Below are positions 1-14,700 of a stretch of 64,000 nt of DNA, in pieces. How positions within the stretch are numbered: position 1 is the first letter of the stretch; each line of letters opens with the position of its first letter. The stretch is from Eledone cirrhosa (Eukaryota), in assembly GCA_964016885.1 (NCBI GenBank), contig OZ024755.1, forward strand, positions 1,240,001-1,304,000. The letters run 5' to 3'. The notes under the pieces are model-generated. The model worked only from the letters and a program-made list of their open reading frames with translations, was not told the DNA's origin and did not search any database. A program made the translations under genes and the position numbers.

Positions 1-1693
1 GTGGAAATCAACCAGGGAGGGGTTCCTCCAACAGGAGTGAGAAGGCACTGGATCTAGTCTAGATTGGAACTGAATGGTAGACCAGTTTGTGTGATAGGTG
101 GCGTAACTGTTTATCTCAATAGTGAGAGAATATACATGGGTTTATTTTTCTGGCAACTAAAGACATTTGTTCAAATGATCCATTATTATTAAAGGGGTTT
201 ATTAGGGACCAGAATAGTATCTTAGACCCACCCTAACCAGAGTTGTGTAGATAAGTGAGGAATGAGAGTCTCCAATTTATCAAGACAGTTTTAATTATTT
301 TAGAGATATTGATTAGTAGTATCAGAAGTTTATTTAGATTGAGTATTAAGTTAAGATATAAGAATAGACCCAGATCTATATTAGTCAGACATAGAATAGA
401 TTTGGTAGAGAATAAATGTTTGTGGATAGATTAAAAGATGGCGGTGGGGGCCAGAATGAGACTGAACCGTTTTCCCTATATGGATGGCTTATATGTAGTT
501 TGATTAGAAGGAATAAAATTCAGTGAAGAAGTATGTTGAAGAGGATGATTAAAAAGAATTTGTCGATGTCTGTGAATTGTGAGGTCTTCTTTGACAACTT
601 GGCATGACTTTGTAATGGAAGTAATATGATGTAGAGACATTTATCATAAAGTTAATCATTGACAGGCTTTTATATTTATGACAAATGTATGATATCTATT
701 TGCATTGTTATATATTACTAACAACTCTACAAACATGCATCATTCTGCATTGAATGTGAAATATAGGTTTGTTTTGTAAAGGTGTAAATATGTCAAACTA
801 AGATCTATATGGTTAAAACTCAGCTCAGTGCCATTTTCTGTTGTTGCCAGATGATGGGAAGTGAATCTTTCCGAAGAAGATAGTGATCTATTGTTTAAAA
901 AAATAAGCCTTTCTCGTGGTTTGAACTGAAACCAGCATTGCAAGCTTTCAAATCACTCACAAGTTTTACTGTCACTTAGGAACCAAATGTTTTTACAATA
1001 GATGTAACACAATATCAACAGAAGGACACAGACTGTTGACCTTTCAGTTGGTTGTCCAGTGTCTTATTGACAAAGTCATTCCTACATAGCTCTCCATGTT
1101 GGTCAAAATTACTATAAAATGTCAATAAAATATGTTATCTACTGTTCTTCCAACATGCATATTTTATTAATGTTGAAATGGACGCCATATCTGTTGGTTC
1201 TCTGGTTTGTTGCTATCAATGTAATCTTTGTCTTAATTATAGTTTCATGTTTAATCAATGTTTGGCAGTTTTCTGTGTGTTTGGTGTAAATATTTGTTGA
1301 ATGCGAGGAATCAATGTAAGAGGACGGTGTAATGGGATGAGGTGGCATAGAGATTGAAAACAGTTTCATTGCATTTGTGGATTAGCTTTCATATGGTGTG
1401 GGTGGCTAATAAAAATAACGAAACCTAACCAGAAACTATTCACACACTGTTATTAGGGAAAACATTTGCTTTATAAAAAAACCAGATTTGTTCCTTTCAA
1501 TCTGTCAAGGACAGATTGAAAGGAGAATAGAGCAGGATGTATTTGTTAATTTACCTAGACACTCATGTTGGTCTCATAGTCATAGTTTTCTAATGATATA
1601 AGTGATGTGGGTTGGGTTGATTACTTTTACTTGACTTGAATGTTACATCAAGTCACACTCCAGACGGAGGAACACTTAGTTTAACCCTTTACC

Positions 1694-2907
1694 ATTTACA
1701 TACTCTATATATACTATTGTATTGTCACAGTAAAGTCTTTACCTCACATAATATCTCACATAACATTTACATTAGTCTATATATACTATTGTATTTTCAC
1801 AGTAAAGGCTTTACCTCACATAATATCTCACATAACATTTACATTACTCTATATATACTATTGTATTGTCACAGTAAAGGCTTTACCTCACATAATATCT
1901 CACATAACATTTACATTACTCTATATATACTATTGTATTGTCACAGTAAAGTCTTTACCTCACATAATATCTCACATAACATTTACATTAGTCTATATAT
2001 ACTATTGTATTTTCACAGTAAAGGCTTTACCTCACATAATATCTCACATAACATTTACATTGCTCTATATATACTATTGTATTTTCACAGTAAAGGCTTT
2101 ACCTTACATAATATCTCACATAACATTTACATTAGTCTATATATACTATTGTATTTTCACAGTAAAGGCTTTACCTTACATAATATCTCACATAACATTT
2201 ACATTACTCTATATATACTATTGTATTTTCACAGTAAAGGCTTTACCTTACATAATATCTCACATAACATTTACATTACTCTATATATACTATTGTATTT
2301 TCACAGTAAAGGCTTTACCTGACATAATATCTCACATAACATTTACATTACTCTATATATACTATTGTATTTTCACAGTAAAGGCTTTACCTTACATAAT
2401 ATCTCACATAACATTTACATTACTCTATATATACTATTGTATTTTCACAGTAAAGGCTTTACCTTACATAATATCTCACATAACATTTACATTACTCTAT
2501 ATATACTATTGTATTTTCACAGTAAAGGCTTTACCTTACATAATATCTCACATAACATTTACATTACTCTATATATACTATTGTATTTTCACAGTAAAGG
2601 CTTTACCTTACATAATATCTCACATAACATTTACATTACTCTATATATACTATTGTATTTTCACAGTAAAGGCTTTACCTTACATAATATCTCACATAAC
2701 ATTTACATTACTCTATATATACTATTGTATTTTCACAGTAAAGGCTTTACCTTACATAATATCTCACATAACATTTACATTACTCTATATATACTATTGT
2801 ATTTTCACAGTAAAGGCTTTACCTTACATAATATCTCACATAACATTTACATTACTCTATATATACTATTGTATTTTCACAGTAAAGTCTTTACCTTACA
2901 TAATATC
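1694..2907. repeat. 72-bp minisatellite, about 17 copies
   Basis: Unit tttacattactctatatatactattgtattttcacagtaaaggctttaccttacataatatctcacataaca; explains the 24-aa periodic ORFs. Confidence 0.97.
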
Positions 2908-3113
2908 AAATCTATGAAATTTTCATATGAATTATTTTGAGAACAATACTTTAACATCAGTATCAGTGGCTTGTTACAGCTGGTTTGAACAGAAAGAGGT
3001 GAGAGAATTCTGGCCAGATATGGCCGGTTTAATTGTTAAGGGGTTAAGATGAAATTCTGCGCAACAGATATCAAATGTAAGCAGAAGATATTACATACAT
3101 AAGTAAATAAGCA

Positions 3114-3160
<47 letters not shown>

Positions 3161-3229
3161 ACACAAGTAAGTACATAAATCTATCTGTCAATCAACTTAT
3201 GTCTCTCTTTCTCTCTCTCTCTCTCTAAC

Positions 3230-3266
<37 letters not shown>

Positions 3267-3749
3267 GAATCCATTTCTATATTAAATTTGATGCTTAAAC
3301 TCTACTAATGTATTGAACCCGGTACTCACAGACACACACACACACACACACACAAACACACATGCATATGTATATAATTTACATAGAACATATTTTCCAT
3401 TTAATCTGTTTATTTAAAAGTTGTTAATTTGACTAAAAAATTTAAATATATTCTAAAAGAAAATAATTGCATCAACTTAAGATTTGGTTTTAGTTCCATT
3501 TTCTGTTCTTCAATTACCGGAGTTTAGCCAGAATTGACACGCTCTTAACTAGTGTCATACTGATTAAGATAAAATGTAATTAGACCAAACACAGGTTAAT
3601 TAGTTGCTAATGAAGACAAACAAAATGACATTGATTCGTTGTTTGATTGTAAACTATCATTTTACACATTTTATCTCATTAAACTAATTAAAAATGAGAT
3701 GAAAATTTACCAAAAACTGAAATTCAATAGTTTTCATTCACTGACATCT

Positions 3750-3880
3750 TGGTTTCTGTAGTGTTTGGTGACTGACGAAACAAGACTCCACTCCCCTGGA
3801 TAGGACGCCAGTCCATCGCAGAGTTATACTGGAACAATGTGAAATGAAGTGTTTTGCCCAGAAACACAACACACAACCCA
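3750..3880 (-). mobile_element. CORE/MIR-like SINE fragment
   Basis: actggaacaatgtgaaatgaagtgttttgcccagaaacacaac is similar to the CORE-like segment at 61600-61645. Confidence 0.55.
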
Positions 3881-3894
3881 GTCAAGTAAAGTGG

Positions 3895-4100
3895 ATGTGT
3901 AAAAGACACAGCAAAAAGCACCCAGTCCACACTGTGAATGTGGTTAGCGTAAGGAAGGTCTTCTAGCTGTAGAAAACCAGCCAGAAACTCTCCTTTATGA
4001 GCGAGACACAGTCGATCGACCCAACTTGCCTCTAATTGGAACAAACCCGTTTAACCTATGCTAGTGTGGAAGATAGACGTTAATCAATGATGATGATGAT
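3895..4100 (+). mobile_element. RTE-associated SINE/LINE 3' segment ending in (gat)n
   Basis: Similar to 60700-60868 (gtggttgg..aggaagggcatcc..ctgtagaaaacc) and ends gacgttaa..(tga)n. Confidence 0.65.
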
Positions 4101-4138
4101 ATTCATATGTATATTTATATATTTATATATATATATCC

Positions 4139-4322
4139 CAGTAGAAGGAAGACGCAGTAGAGGAAGACCACGACAAATATGGGCAGAGGTGGTGAGAGCT
4201 GACCTCAGATTGCTGAAACTCACGGAGAAGATAACGAAGGACCATAACAAGTGGAGAGATGCTGTGCTGAATAGAACTTGTCCCACCCTTGCAAGCAGGG
4301 AAAATCGGACGTAAAATGATGA

Positions 4323-4326
<4 letters not shown>
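4139..4326 (+). mobile_element. RTE-clade LINE 3' end fragment
   Basis: Peptide VEGRRSRGRPRQIWAEVVRADL...KWR is the typical RTE ORF C-terminus; (gat)n tail; flanked by (TA)n. Confidence 0.85.
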
Positions 4327-4369
<43 letters not shown>

Positions 4370-4792
4370 TATATAGATATATAGCAATATCTGTAGATGT
4401 GAATAGGAAAAAAGGAGAATGGTGCTCAATCAGGAACTGAACAGAAATGTTATATTATTTATTTATGTTCATGTGTGTTTGTGGGAGTGGGTGTTCATGT
4501 GTGTGTGTGTGTCTGTTTGTGTGTGGGTGTTTGTGTGTGGATGGGTGGGTGTGTGTCTGTCTGTGTGTATGTGTTTGTGTGTCTGTGTGTGTTCGTGTGT
4601 CTGTGTGTGTGTCTGTGTTCGTGTGGGTGGGTGTTGATGTGTGAGAGAGCCTGCATTACTCCAGTGAAGTCAAATGACAAAGATAGATATTCATAATATC
4701 ATGGATGGTTTCATCTTAGAGTCTTTCACGGTTTGTTGTCTTCTACAGAACTGCATTGTTTCTACATTTGTACATATATATATACATATATA

Positions 4793-5547
4793 TCATCATC
4801 ATCATCATCATCATCAACGTTTAACGTCCGTGTTCCACGCTTGCATGGGTTTGGACGGGGGTAGTCCCACTTGAGGCAAGAGTGATTGTCTTGCTCGCAT
4901 AGGACTGTCTGGCAGGTTTTCTACAGTTGGATGCCCTTCCTAACACCAACCACATTTACAGTGTGGGTCTGGGAGGTTTTTACCGTGTTGCCTACATGGC
5001 CACATTACAGCGTGGACTGTGTGTTTTTTTGTAGTGACACCTACACGATCTCATTTGTTTCGGCCTGGATGGTGTGGCACCAACATAACTTTACATAGAA
5101 CGGGGTGGTGTGGATGGGGTGGGGGTGGTGGTGGTGGGACGGGGGGGGGGATATTTTGTTAGAGATGCCTACTGGCTGTAGTAGGTTTTACTATGTATTT
5201 AGGTAAGGCGGGTCTTCTCTGTTACTGAGTACCGCCAAAGGTCTCGGTCCAGTGACATTGTCTTGGAGAGGTGTGAGGTCGGAGTTTATCAGCTCGTCCC
5301 AGGTTTTTCTAGGTCTGCCTATTCCGTGGCTACCGTCTATCTTTATTGCCCTGCACTTTGTTATACAGCTATCGACTTTCATGCGCATCACGTGTCCATA
5401 CCAACGTAGCCTTCTCTCGAGTAAACAACATCTGATCCCTCTTATTTCTAATTTTTTCCTTAGTTCGTTTATGCTTTGCCGTTCACGTATATTACTGTTA
5501 CACATCCAGCGGAGCATGCAAGCTTCGTTCCTTTCTAGTCTGCGTAT
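4793..5547 (-). mobile_element. RTE-clade LINE 3' fragment running into an assembly gap
   Basis: Peptide RRLERNEACMLRWMC...RRLRWYGHVMRM...GRPRKTW; (gat)n tail at about 4793-4815; near-identical inverted copy at 60221-60868. Confidence 0.9.
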
Positions 5548-5747
5548 NNNNNNNNNNNNNNNNNNNNNNNNNNNNNNNNNNNNNNNNNNNNNNNNNNNNN
5601 NNNNNNNNNNNNNNNNNNNNNNNNNNNNNNNNNNNNNNNNNNNNNNNNNNNNNNNNNNNNNNNNNNNNNNNNNNNNNNNNNNNNNNNNNNNNNNNNNNNN
5701 NNNNNNNNNNNNNNNNNNNNNNNNNNNNNNNNNNNNNNNNNNNNNNN
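5548..5747. other. Assembly gap (200 N)
   Basis: Run of n characters. Confidence 1.
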
Positions 5748-6115
5748 GTGTACATGTGTATATGTGTGTATATATGTGTGTACATGTGTGTATATATGTG
5801 TACATGTGTATATATGTGTGTATATAGTGTATATATATGTGTGTATATGTGTATATGGGAGTGTATATGTGTGTGTATATGTATGTGTGCGTATATACGT
5901 GTGTATATGTGTGTGTATGTGTATACGTGTGTGTATATGTGTGTGTATGTGTATACGTGTGTGTATATGTGTGTATATATATGTATGTGTGTATACGTGT
6001 GTGTGTATATGTGAGTGAATGGTTCGTTTCTAAGTATATTCATGCAACCAGTGCTTTTATTCGAATGTGTATGTGTATGTATATATATATTGTGTGTGTG
6101 TGTATATATATATAT

Positions 6116-6180
<65 letters not shown>

Positions 6181-6276
6181 GTGTGTGTGTATGTGTGTAT
6201 ATATATGTGTATGTATGTGTGTGTATATATATATATGTGTGTGTGTATGTATATATATGTGTATGTATGTATGTGT
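5748..6276. repeat. (TG)/(TA) compound microsatellite
   Basis: Direct reading. Confidence 0.95.
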
Positions 6277-6421
6277 AACATTACTAACGACCAGTTATTC
6301 TGTAGTACCAATGAAGTGTAGTTTCTAGGGAAACTGTCTGGTTGTCTAATATATTACACAAGTGACGTCATTGGTTCTTTAGTCGTTGATGGAATATTGG
6401 AACAACAGTTGGCTGGGCTTT

Positions 6422-7175
6422 TAGTGTAGTGTAGTATCGTATAGTAGAGTGTAGTATCGTATAGTAGTGTAGTGTAGTGTAGTATCGTATAGTAGAGTGT
6501 AGTATCGTATAGTAGTGTAGTGTAGTATAGTAGAGTGTAGTATCGTATAGTAGTGTAGTGTAGTATCGTATAGTAGAGTGTAGTATCGTATAGTAGTGTA
6601 GTGTAGTATCGTATAGTAGAGTGTAGTATAATGTAGTGTAGTGTAGTGTAGTATCGTATAGTAGAGTGTAGTATCGTATAGTAGTGTAGTGTAGTATCGT
6701 ATAGTAGAGTGTAGTATAATGTAGTGTAGTGTAGTGTAGTGTAGTATCGTATAGTAGTGTAGTATAGTACAATATAGTACAGTATAGTATAGTGTAGTGT
6801 AGTAGAGTGTAGTATAATCTAGTATAGTGTAGTATAGTATAGTGTAGTGTAGTATAATGTAGTGTAGTGTAGTGTAGTGTAGTATCGTATCGTATAGTAG
6901 AGTGTAGTATAGTATAGTGTAGTATCGTATAGTAGAGTGTAGTGTAGTAGATTATAGGGTAGTATAGTACAGTTTAGTATAGTGTAGTGTTGTACAGTAT
7001 AGTATAGTGTAATATAGTATAGTGTAGTATAGTATAGTATAGTATAGTATACTATAGTATACTATAGTATAGTATAGTGTAGTACAGTATAGTATAGTGT
7101 AGTACAGTGTAGTGTAGTATAGTATAGTATAGTATAGTATAGTATAGTATAGTTTAGTATAATATATAGTTTAGT
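6422..7175. repeat. Pentanucleotide (GTAGT/ATAGT)n satellite with a longer sub-periodicity
   Basis: Direct reading; gtagtatcgtatagtagagt units grade into (atagt)n. Confidence 0.95.
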
Positions 7176-7276
7176 ATATCTGCTCTATCAGGAATAACCT
7201 TGGACTAAACAAACATCTATAAATATAAACTTACGTAGTTTTATATATATTTCACCTTCAGTCCTTCCCTACCTTA

Positions 7277-7495
7277 AATAAAGTACCAGTAATGTACTGG
7301 GGTCAATTTAATCGACTTTCCCCTCCTCCAAAATTGCTGGGCCTAAATCAGAAACAATTATTATTATTGAGTTCAAATCCCGCCGAGGTTGACTTTGCCT
7401 TTCATCCTTACGGGGTCGATAAAATAAAGTACCAGTAATGCACTGTGTAATTGCTGGCCTTGTGCCAAAAGTAGAAACAATTATTATTATTATTA
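7277..7495 (+). mobile_element. Two tandem 5'-truncated Nin-domain SINE copies
   Basis: gagttcaaatcccgccgaggttgactttgcctttcatccttacggggtcgataaaataaagtaccag (B box plus Nin-like core) and (att)n tails. Confidence 0.85.
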
Positions 7496-9384
7496 ATTAA
7501 ATTTATTGATCTAATTATTGATCTCATTATATTGTTGATGTTGTGAAAGTCACCCACGTCTCTTAACTCTCGCTATTTACACTTTTCAGGTTTATATAGC
7601 CAATAATAAACGAATTATTACTAAATTAAATATGTGTGTATGAATGTGAGTGTGTTTATGCATGTGCGTGTGTGTTTCTCTCTTTGTGTATGTATGTGTG
7701 TGTTTTTAGGTACCATCTATTATTTAAGGTTTTCAGGTACCATCTATTATTTAAGGTATTATATTTTATCAATAGAAAACTATTAAAAATGTTCTCTTTT
7801 GTAAAAATAAAAAACGTAGTTACAACTTTTTTTAAATGTCGTTTTGTGTATTGGAATCTTTAACATCTGTTACACCTAAAACATCTTTAACATCTATTAC
7901 ACCTATAACATCTTTAACATCTGTTACACCTATAACAAACTTTAGAGCTTTAAAAGTTATATCTTTTATCATTCTCAGATGGAAAATTACAATTTCTATC
8001 TCGATTTAATAAGTTACTTTATTAAATATCTACAGGAACTTAAGCGGAAATTACAAGGATAAACTTACAAAACGTTCAAAATTTACTGAACAATGAGAAA
8101 AATCACTTTTATTTGATGTTTTCAACTCTGTCAATTTAAATATCGATTTTTCTTCCGCATAAATTTATAGAGAAATGAGAAATAAGTTTCGATCAACTTG
8201 AAGATTTGTTTCCCAAAGGCGATAAGTGCGAAACGAAATGGCTATATTTAAAAACCAGTAGTCACTAAAACCATTGTACGTATTGATTTTTTTTTTAAAG
8301 ACTACGACAAGGTCACATATTGATGAGGTAGGGAAATCGATTAAGTGGAAACCTCAGCATATTACTGGTAGTTTATTTTATTGATTGATTCCGAACTGAT
8401 GAAATGTAAAGTTTAAATCGGTGGGATTTGAACTTACGATGCTGTTATTCCGAAATATGAGGAATAACATTCTCTCTGACTGAGGTTGAAGAGGAATCCT
8501 TCATACAAGCAGAAATATAATCCGAATGAATTCGAAGTTAATTACATAGAAATAATATCTCAAGTTGTTTAATTTGTAATAATTGATATAATTTCTTGGA
8601 CCAGTGTTATTTAGGCGTCAAATGTTGAATAATGATGCATTGAATGGCTATAGTGAAAAAATTGTCATCGCAAGTTCATGGTTGTCAATAAATGTTTACA
8701 TCTGTTGGGTGTTAAGTCATGAACTGACTGTGTGGACAAGATATTGACCTTACAACAAAGTGGCTTTATGTCAATAAATGTTATATATATTGAATGTTAA
8801 GACATGCCATGGCTACAGTTTCCCCATACCTGTTCTAGACATATCTCACTGTATTTAACCAGTTTATTCTCTTAAAAGGATATCTTTTTACATTATTAAC
8901 TTTTAAAACGTAATATTTTGACAATGTTAACTTATAGCATTACAATGTCACACAACACCAACGATTCAAATTGGTTTAGCTTTAAGTAATTTTTACAGAT
9001 TCTAATTCTCTGTGCAACACCTCCCTCTCTTTCTCTCTCTGTTGTCATATTCACATTTCTAACAATGATTAACGAAGGAAAAAGATTAGTGATCGTATTA
9101 AAGTGTTTCTGTTTTATTTACAGATAAAACAACACCAAATGGTTGTAATTTCTATTTGTATGTAATAAAGTATATTTAATGTAACACCTAGGGTTAAAAC
9201 TGTCTTGTTTTCTAGAGATGTCTTACATCTTTTTAAATAGTTCTTAACTAAATGTAACGACACTTCAAACCTCTAGAGTTATGTAGTATTTAATGTAACA
9301 CATGGAGTTTAAAACTGTCTTCTTTTCTAGAGATGTCTTACTTCTTTGAAAATAGTTCTTACTGAATGTAACATTTTAAACCTA

Positions 9385-9700
9385 TACACTGCGCATGCCT
9401 ACATGGTCCTGTAAATCCCGAGGGACTGGAAGGGGCGCCATACTGACATAAGCTGTCTCTAGGGCATTTTTAAAACCTGGTGGAGCCCATCTCCTCTCCA
9501 GGTCTGAATACAGTAGGTTTCCTATAGTGAGAGAATGGAAGTGAGAAAGAGATATAGTGGAAGAATGAACTGGTACTTTTTTTATTAACCTTAAATGGAT
9601 GAAAAACAAAGTTGATCTTGGCGGGATTTGAACTCAGAGATCAGAGAACCTAAACGAATATTACAAAGTATTCTCTCGTCTCTGACAATTTGCCGCCTCT
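9385..9700 (-). mobile_element. Nin-domain SINE, alternative-tail subfamily
   Basis: Nin core at about 9565-9640 joined to tttaaaacctggtggagcccatctcctctccaggtctgaatacag; interrupts a local tandem repeat of about 114 bp (about 9170-9850). Confidence 0.75.
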
Positions 9701-10195
9701 GTACAGTGTTAAGTGGTTTTTAATGTGACACCTGGGGTTAAAACTGTCTTCTTTTTTAGAGATGTCTTTTTAAATAGATCTGACTCAATAAATACAACAA
9801 CGACGTTGACGCCATTTTAAACCTCGGCAGTGTTTTGTGGTGTTTCATCTAGTTTACATTGAATCTTTGAATATCTCTTTTACACACATCTCCATAGTTA
9901 CTCTCTCAGTGAATTCTATCAATTCATTACGTATCATCTTCCAAATACTGAATGGAGTTTCTTTCTTTCTTCTTTTTATTTTATAATTTATTTATTTTAT
10001 TTTATTTTTTTGTCTTTTTTATTTTAATTTTTAGTTTTACTTTTATTTATTTTTTATTTTATGTTTATTATTATTTATTTCATTTTTTGCTATTTTTCGA
10101 GTTATTTCAATTCCATTTTATTTATTTATTTTATTTATATTTATTATTATTATTATTATTGGGTAATTGCTGGCCTTGTGCCAAAAGTAGAAACA

Positions 10196-10249
<54 letters not shown>

Positions 10250-10435
10250 TTGTTGTGTATCTTTCGTATCTGGAGTTGTTTAACTCTCGAACATTTGTCG
10301 GATACAGGAATTTAATATTTATTTGCCTTACAATCTGAATCATGCTGGCATTCACTTTTACCACATTCAATATTATTTAAAGAAGACGAAAATTGGACGG
10401 AAATTTTTTATTCACAATTGACAAATACTTTTTAC

Positions 10436-10485
<50 letters not shown>

Positions 10486-12519
10486 CCCCCTCTCTCTCTC
10501 GAAACTTCTTGGTAGATTAGAAATACAAAAGTCTGCTTTAATAGTCCGGAAACTACTTCAATAATTTACTAACCAAAACTTATTATTTGTTGACTATTAT
10601 TTTCTTTGGTAGATTTTTACGATGTGTTTCAGAAAATTTTTTCAGAACAGGAATCTTATATAATATGAAGGATATAATATAATAGTTCTCGTTACAAAGA
10701 AAATGAATAGAATTAGGAAGGAAACGGTAAGGTTGGTTTCCGATAGAATATAAGTTCAATGACATTCAATTATTAAGGAATATATAAGCTGCAAACTTGT
10801 CACATTTTGTAACTCTTTTGTCTGTGGTTAAACACTTACTGTAATGGGGGGGGGGGGGGTAGCTAATGCTAAAGTTATTAGAATGTTGGATAGAATAGTT
10901 TGTGGTATACGTTCTGGGGTTCTGATCTCTGAGTTCAAATCCCTGTGTTTGCCTTTCATCCATTCGATGTCGATAAAATAAAGTACCAGTAATATGTGTT
11001 TGATGAGGGCAAATTTTGACAGAGAAAAATAAGCAGGAACTATATATGTGTGTGTGTATACATATATATGTGTGTGTATATATATATATAATCATCATCA
11101 CGTTTTACGTCCGTTCTTCCACGCTAGCATGGGTTAGACGGGTTGTCCTGTTGTGGGCAGTGTCCAGTCGGCTGACCTTGTCTTGCTCATACGGGAACTT
11201 ATATATACACACACACACATATTCATTTACAGTTCCATAAGATCTGTCAGCAGCTAACGAGGAATCGATGTTATTTCAATTGTGTTACATTTTCTATCAT
11301 CTCTTCCTGCTTTTTTTCATGTTTTTTTACTTTCCATTTCCAATCCCAGTCAGTTATCTTCCAGCTATTAATTTTACTTCCTTTCAAATAAATATGAATC
11401 TAAAAAGTTATTTAAATATAGACTTCCGTCGTGTCTAGCAAGGGAGAGAATCATGAAATCGTGTTCAACATTAATCGTTTGGCTCTGAAATATGTCGCCA
11501 TACATGGCATAACAAAGCTGCCCCGTCGTTAATATAAAACATTAATAGAATAATTTACGAGATATTTAATATTGATTATAGCAACCAATATCTAACCCCC
11601 AACCATCCACATCCGATTGATTTGGATTCATCGATAAATCAAGTCCAGTTTATAAATAATATTAGTTTCCAGTTCTTTAGAGGTAAAAACCGAACCAGTT
11701 GTAGCTATCATCTTGAAACGAGTTTATCTTGATCAAGGTCACAAGTTTATCGATCTATTTCTAACTAGATTTACTCTGCAGAAGAGTCCCACCCACACCA
11801 CCACCAACCCTCACCGTCCTTCAGAGTTTCCAAACATACAACACATTGTCCTCTTTAACTTCAGTAAGATAGAAAAACTGAGAGTTGCTGAAGAGTCTCT
11901 TCTGTTCCGCTGCAGCCGACTTCCGACTGTCAAATATATTTTATTGAACTAAGATTATTTAATATTAGTCATATAAACACTCTGTTAACTCTGTGTTGAC
12001 GAAATCTCATTTTATAGATTACCAGACGTAACTAATCTAAATCACTTGTGTATTTATCCACCAGTTAAGCCTGCTAATGTGTTGTATTGTGTCAATAAAT
12101 TGATGAGGAATCTTTTGTTAATACATGAATAAAATTATCTGGATTATTGATCAATTATTGCTAATATATTGGTGCTGCTGATCACTGGAGGTGTTATCGA
12201 TATCATTCACAAATTACGGGACCATACACACATAATAATAATAATAACTATAAATATAAATGAAAATCTTTATCTCAATAATACTATCATGATATATGTA
12301 TATATATATGTGTGTGTATATATATATATAATATATATTTAAATATATATATAAAGTTATCATGTCAAATTTTGGCGGTAATAATAATAACAATAATGAT
12401 AATAATAAAAAGAAAACTTTAAAACAATTTATTGATCTGAAAATATTTTACATCTATTTTTGACAACTGGAGAGTTTATATAACAAGTATTAAACAAGAG
12501 ACAAGATTGGGTATTCTAC

Positions 12520-12885
12520 TTACAGTACTATATATATATTGAACGATATATATCTTATGGTACTATATCAATAGAACGATATATATCTTATAGTACTATA
12601 TCAATAGAACGATATATATCTTATAGTACTATATATATAGAACGAGATATATCTTATAGTACTATATCAATAGAACGATATTTATATATATATCTTACAG
12701 TGCTATATAAATAGAACGAGATATATCTTACAGTACTATATCAATAGAACGAGATATATCTTATAGTACTATATAAATAGAACGAGATGTATCTTATAGT
12801 ACTATATATATAGAACGAGATGTATCTTATAGTACTATATATATAGAACGAGATGTATCTTATAAAGCTGTCTATTGAACGATAT
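12520..12885. repeat. Minisatellite with a unit of roughly 33 bp (variable)
   Basis: Unit tagtactatatcaatagaacgatatatatctta and variants. Confidence 0.9.
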
Positions 12886-13324
12886 AAATCTACATTTATA
12901 GCAACTTAGAAGGGAAGACTTTTACTAGATAGAATCTGGGAAGATGTTTGTATATTTGCATCAAAAATAGAGTGTATACATTATTTTGGACACCCTGTGT
13001 GTGTATTTACACACACACACACACACACACATACGCACACGCACACGCACGCACACACACACACACACATATGGAACAAAAATATTCACTAGTATCTGAC
13101 AAAAAGTTACATGTAATCAAACTCCCTCGCAGTTGTACCTACTTGTCTGGGAAACTCCCCAGCTAATAGTTGATTATTTGGATAATAGAAGGGCAATGGG
13201 TACTTCATGAATATGAGAGGGAGGGAGAGGGAGAGATTCCGGTACATTTCACCGTCATGCTGTGACAACAAACGTCAATTATGTCAAATTGGAGTGGAAT
13301 AATTAAAGAATATGATGGAATATA

Positions 13325-13440
13325 ATAATTGTTTCTACTTTTGGCACAAGGCCAGTAAATTACCCAGTGTATTACTGGTACTTTATTTTATCGACCCCGT
13401 AAGAATGAAAGACAAAGTTAACCTCGATTTGAACTCAGAA
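13325..13440 (-). mobile_element. Nin-domain SINE fragment
   Basis: Reverse complement of the Nin core and tail. Confidence 0.85.
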
Positions 13441-13569
13441 TGGCAGAGAAAAGGTGACATAGAATTGTCAGGAATTATATACATCATCATTTCCATGAAA
13501 TATTCCACCTAAACCAGATTTTAGTATTAATCTCATTTGCTCTTTTATTAGTCTCAGTCATTATTACTC

Positions 13570-13666
13570 AGTGGCCATGCTGGGGCATTTTTAAGCCTGA
13601 CGAAGCCATTCTCCTCTCCAGGTCTGAATACAGCAGATTTCTTCCAGAGAGTGAGAGAGAGTGAGA

Positions 13667-13712
<46 letters not shown>

Positions 13713-14135
13713 TAGAGAGTGAGAGAGAGGAAATATGAATGGATGAAAGGCAAATTTGACATCGGTGGGATTTGAACTCAGAGAGCAGAGAGCTGGAATT
13801 AATACCACTCTACCATTCTATCTGACGTTCTAACCACTCTACCATTCTATCTGACCTTCTAACGACTACCATTCTATCAGACGTTCTAACCACACTACCA
13901 TTCTATCAGACGTTCTAACGACTACCATTCTATCAGACGTTCTAACGACTACCATTCTATATGACCTTCTAACCACTCTACCATTCTATCTGACGTTCTA
14001 ACCACTCTACCATTCTATCTGAAGTTCTAACGACTACCATTCTATCAGACGTTCTAACGACTACCATTCTATCTGACCTTCTAACCACTCTACCATTCTA
14101 TCAGACGTTCTAACCACTCTGTTTATTCGCCACCA
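13570..14135 (-). mobile_element. Alternative-tail Nin SINE whose 5' head is expanded into a 26-29-bp tandem array (13806-14120)
   Basis: Tail and Nin core at 13570-13800; unit reverse complement agtggttagaacgtcagatagaatggtag resembles the head of the 28620 copy (gagttgttagaacgtcagacaaaatac). Confidence 0.75.
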
Positions 14136-14584
14136 GACGTTTGCAATAAGATTCCAATATCAGAGTAGCCGAACGTTTTCATACAAAGCCCTTAAGTTCC
14201 CAGTCAAGATGTCACCCAGAGCTACAAACTACAGACTTTTATAGTTCTATATTCTGCAACAGATGCGGGAGACAGGATCCATTATACACCAGAGTTTCCT
14301 CTTTAAATTTTAGTAAACCATCAAATAAACTTCTCTAATTTGCTTCGTCAATTTTTTTTCTCGGGATTAATGATTTGTTTTTGTAATGAATGAATAAAAC
14401 TGATACCAGGCTAATATCTAAATATTCACGATCCACCCCACCCCTCCCCATCTCATCCCCGCCACCCCACGCCACCCCACCCCATAAAGTTCCTAATGAA
14501 TAATCATCTTCATTTTTTTAATTAGTTTGGAAATTCTTGCATTGAATAAAAATGAGAAAGCCTGCTGCTACTTTTATACATAAA

Positions 14585-14700
14585 TAACTGTTTCTACTTT
14601 TTGGCACAAGGCCAGCAATTATCCCAGTGTATTATTGGTACTTTATTTTATCGACCCCGTAAGGATGAAAGGCAAAGTTAACTTCGGCGGAATTTGAATA
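14585..14700 (-). mobile_element. Nin-domain SINE fragment
   Basis: Reverse complement of the Nin core and tail. Confidence 0.85.

Noticed and set aside
1-1650. Possible highly decayed minus-strand LINE (EEPPPWL near position 10-30)
   Set aside because: Only faint motif resemblance with many stops; needs an HMM or BLASTx search.
1636-2940. Periodic ORFs and possible CRISPR-like array
   Set aside because: Head-to-tail 72-bp units with no unique spacers and no cas genes; the same applies to 43441-43877.
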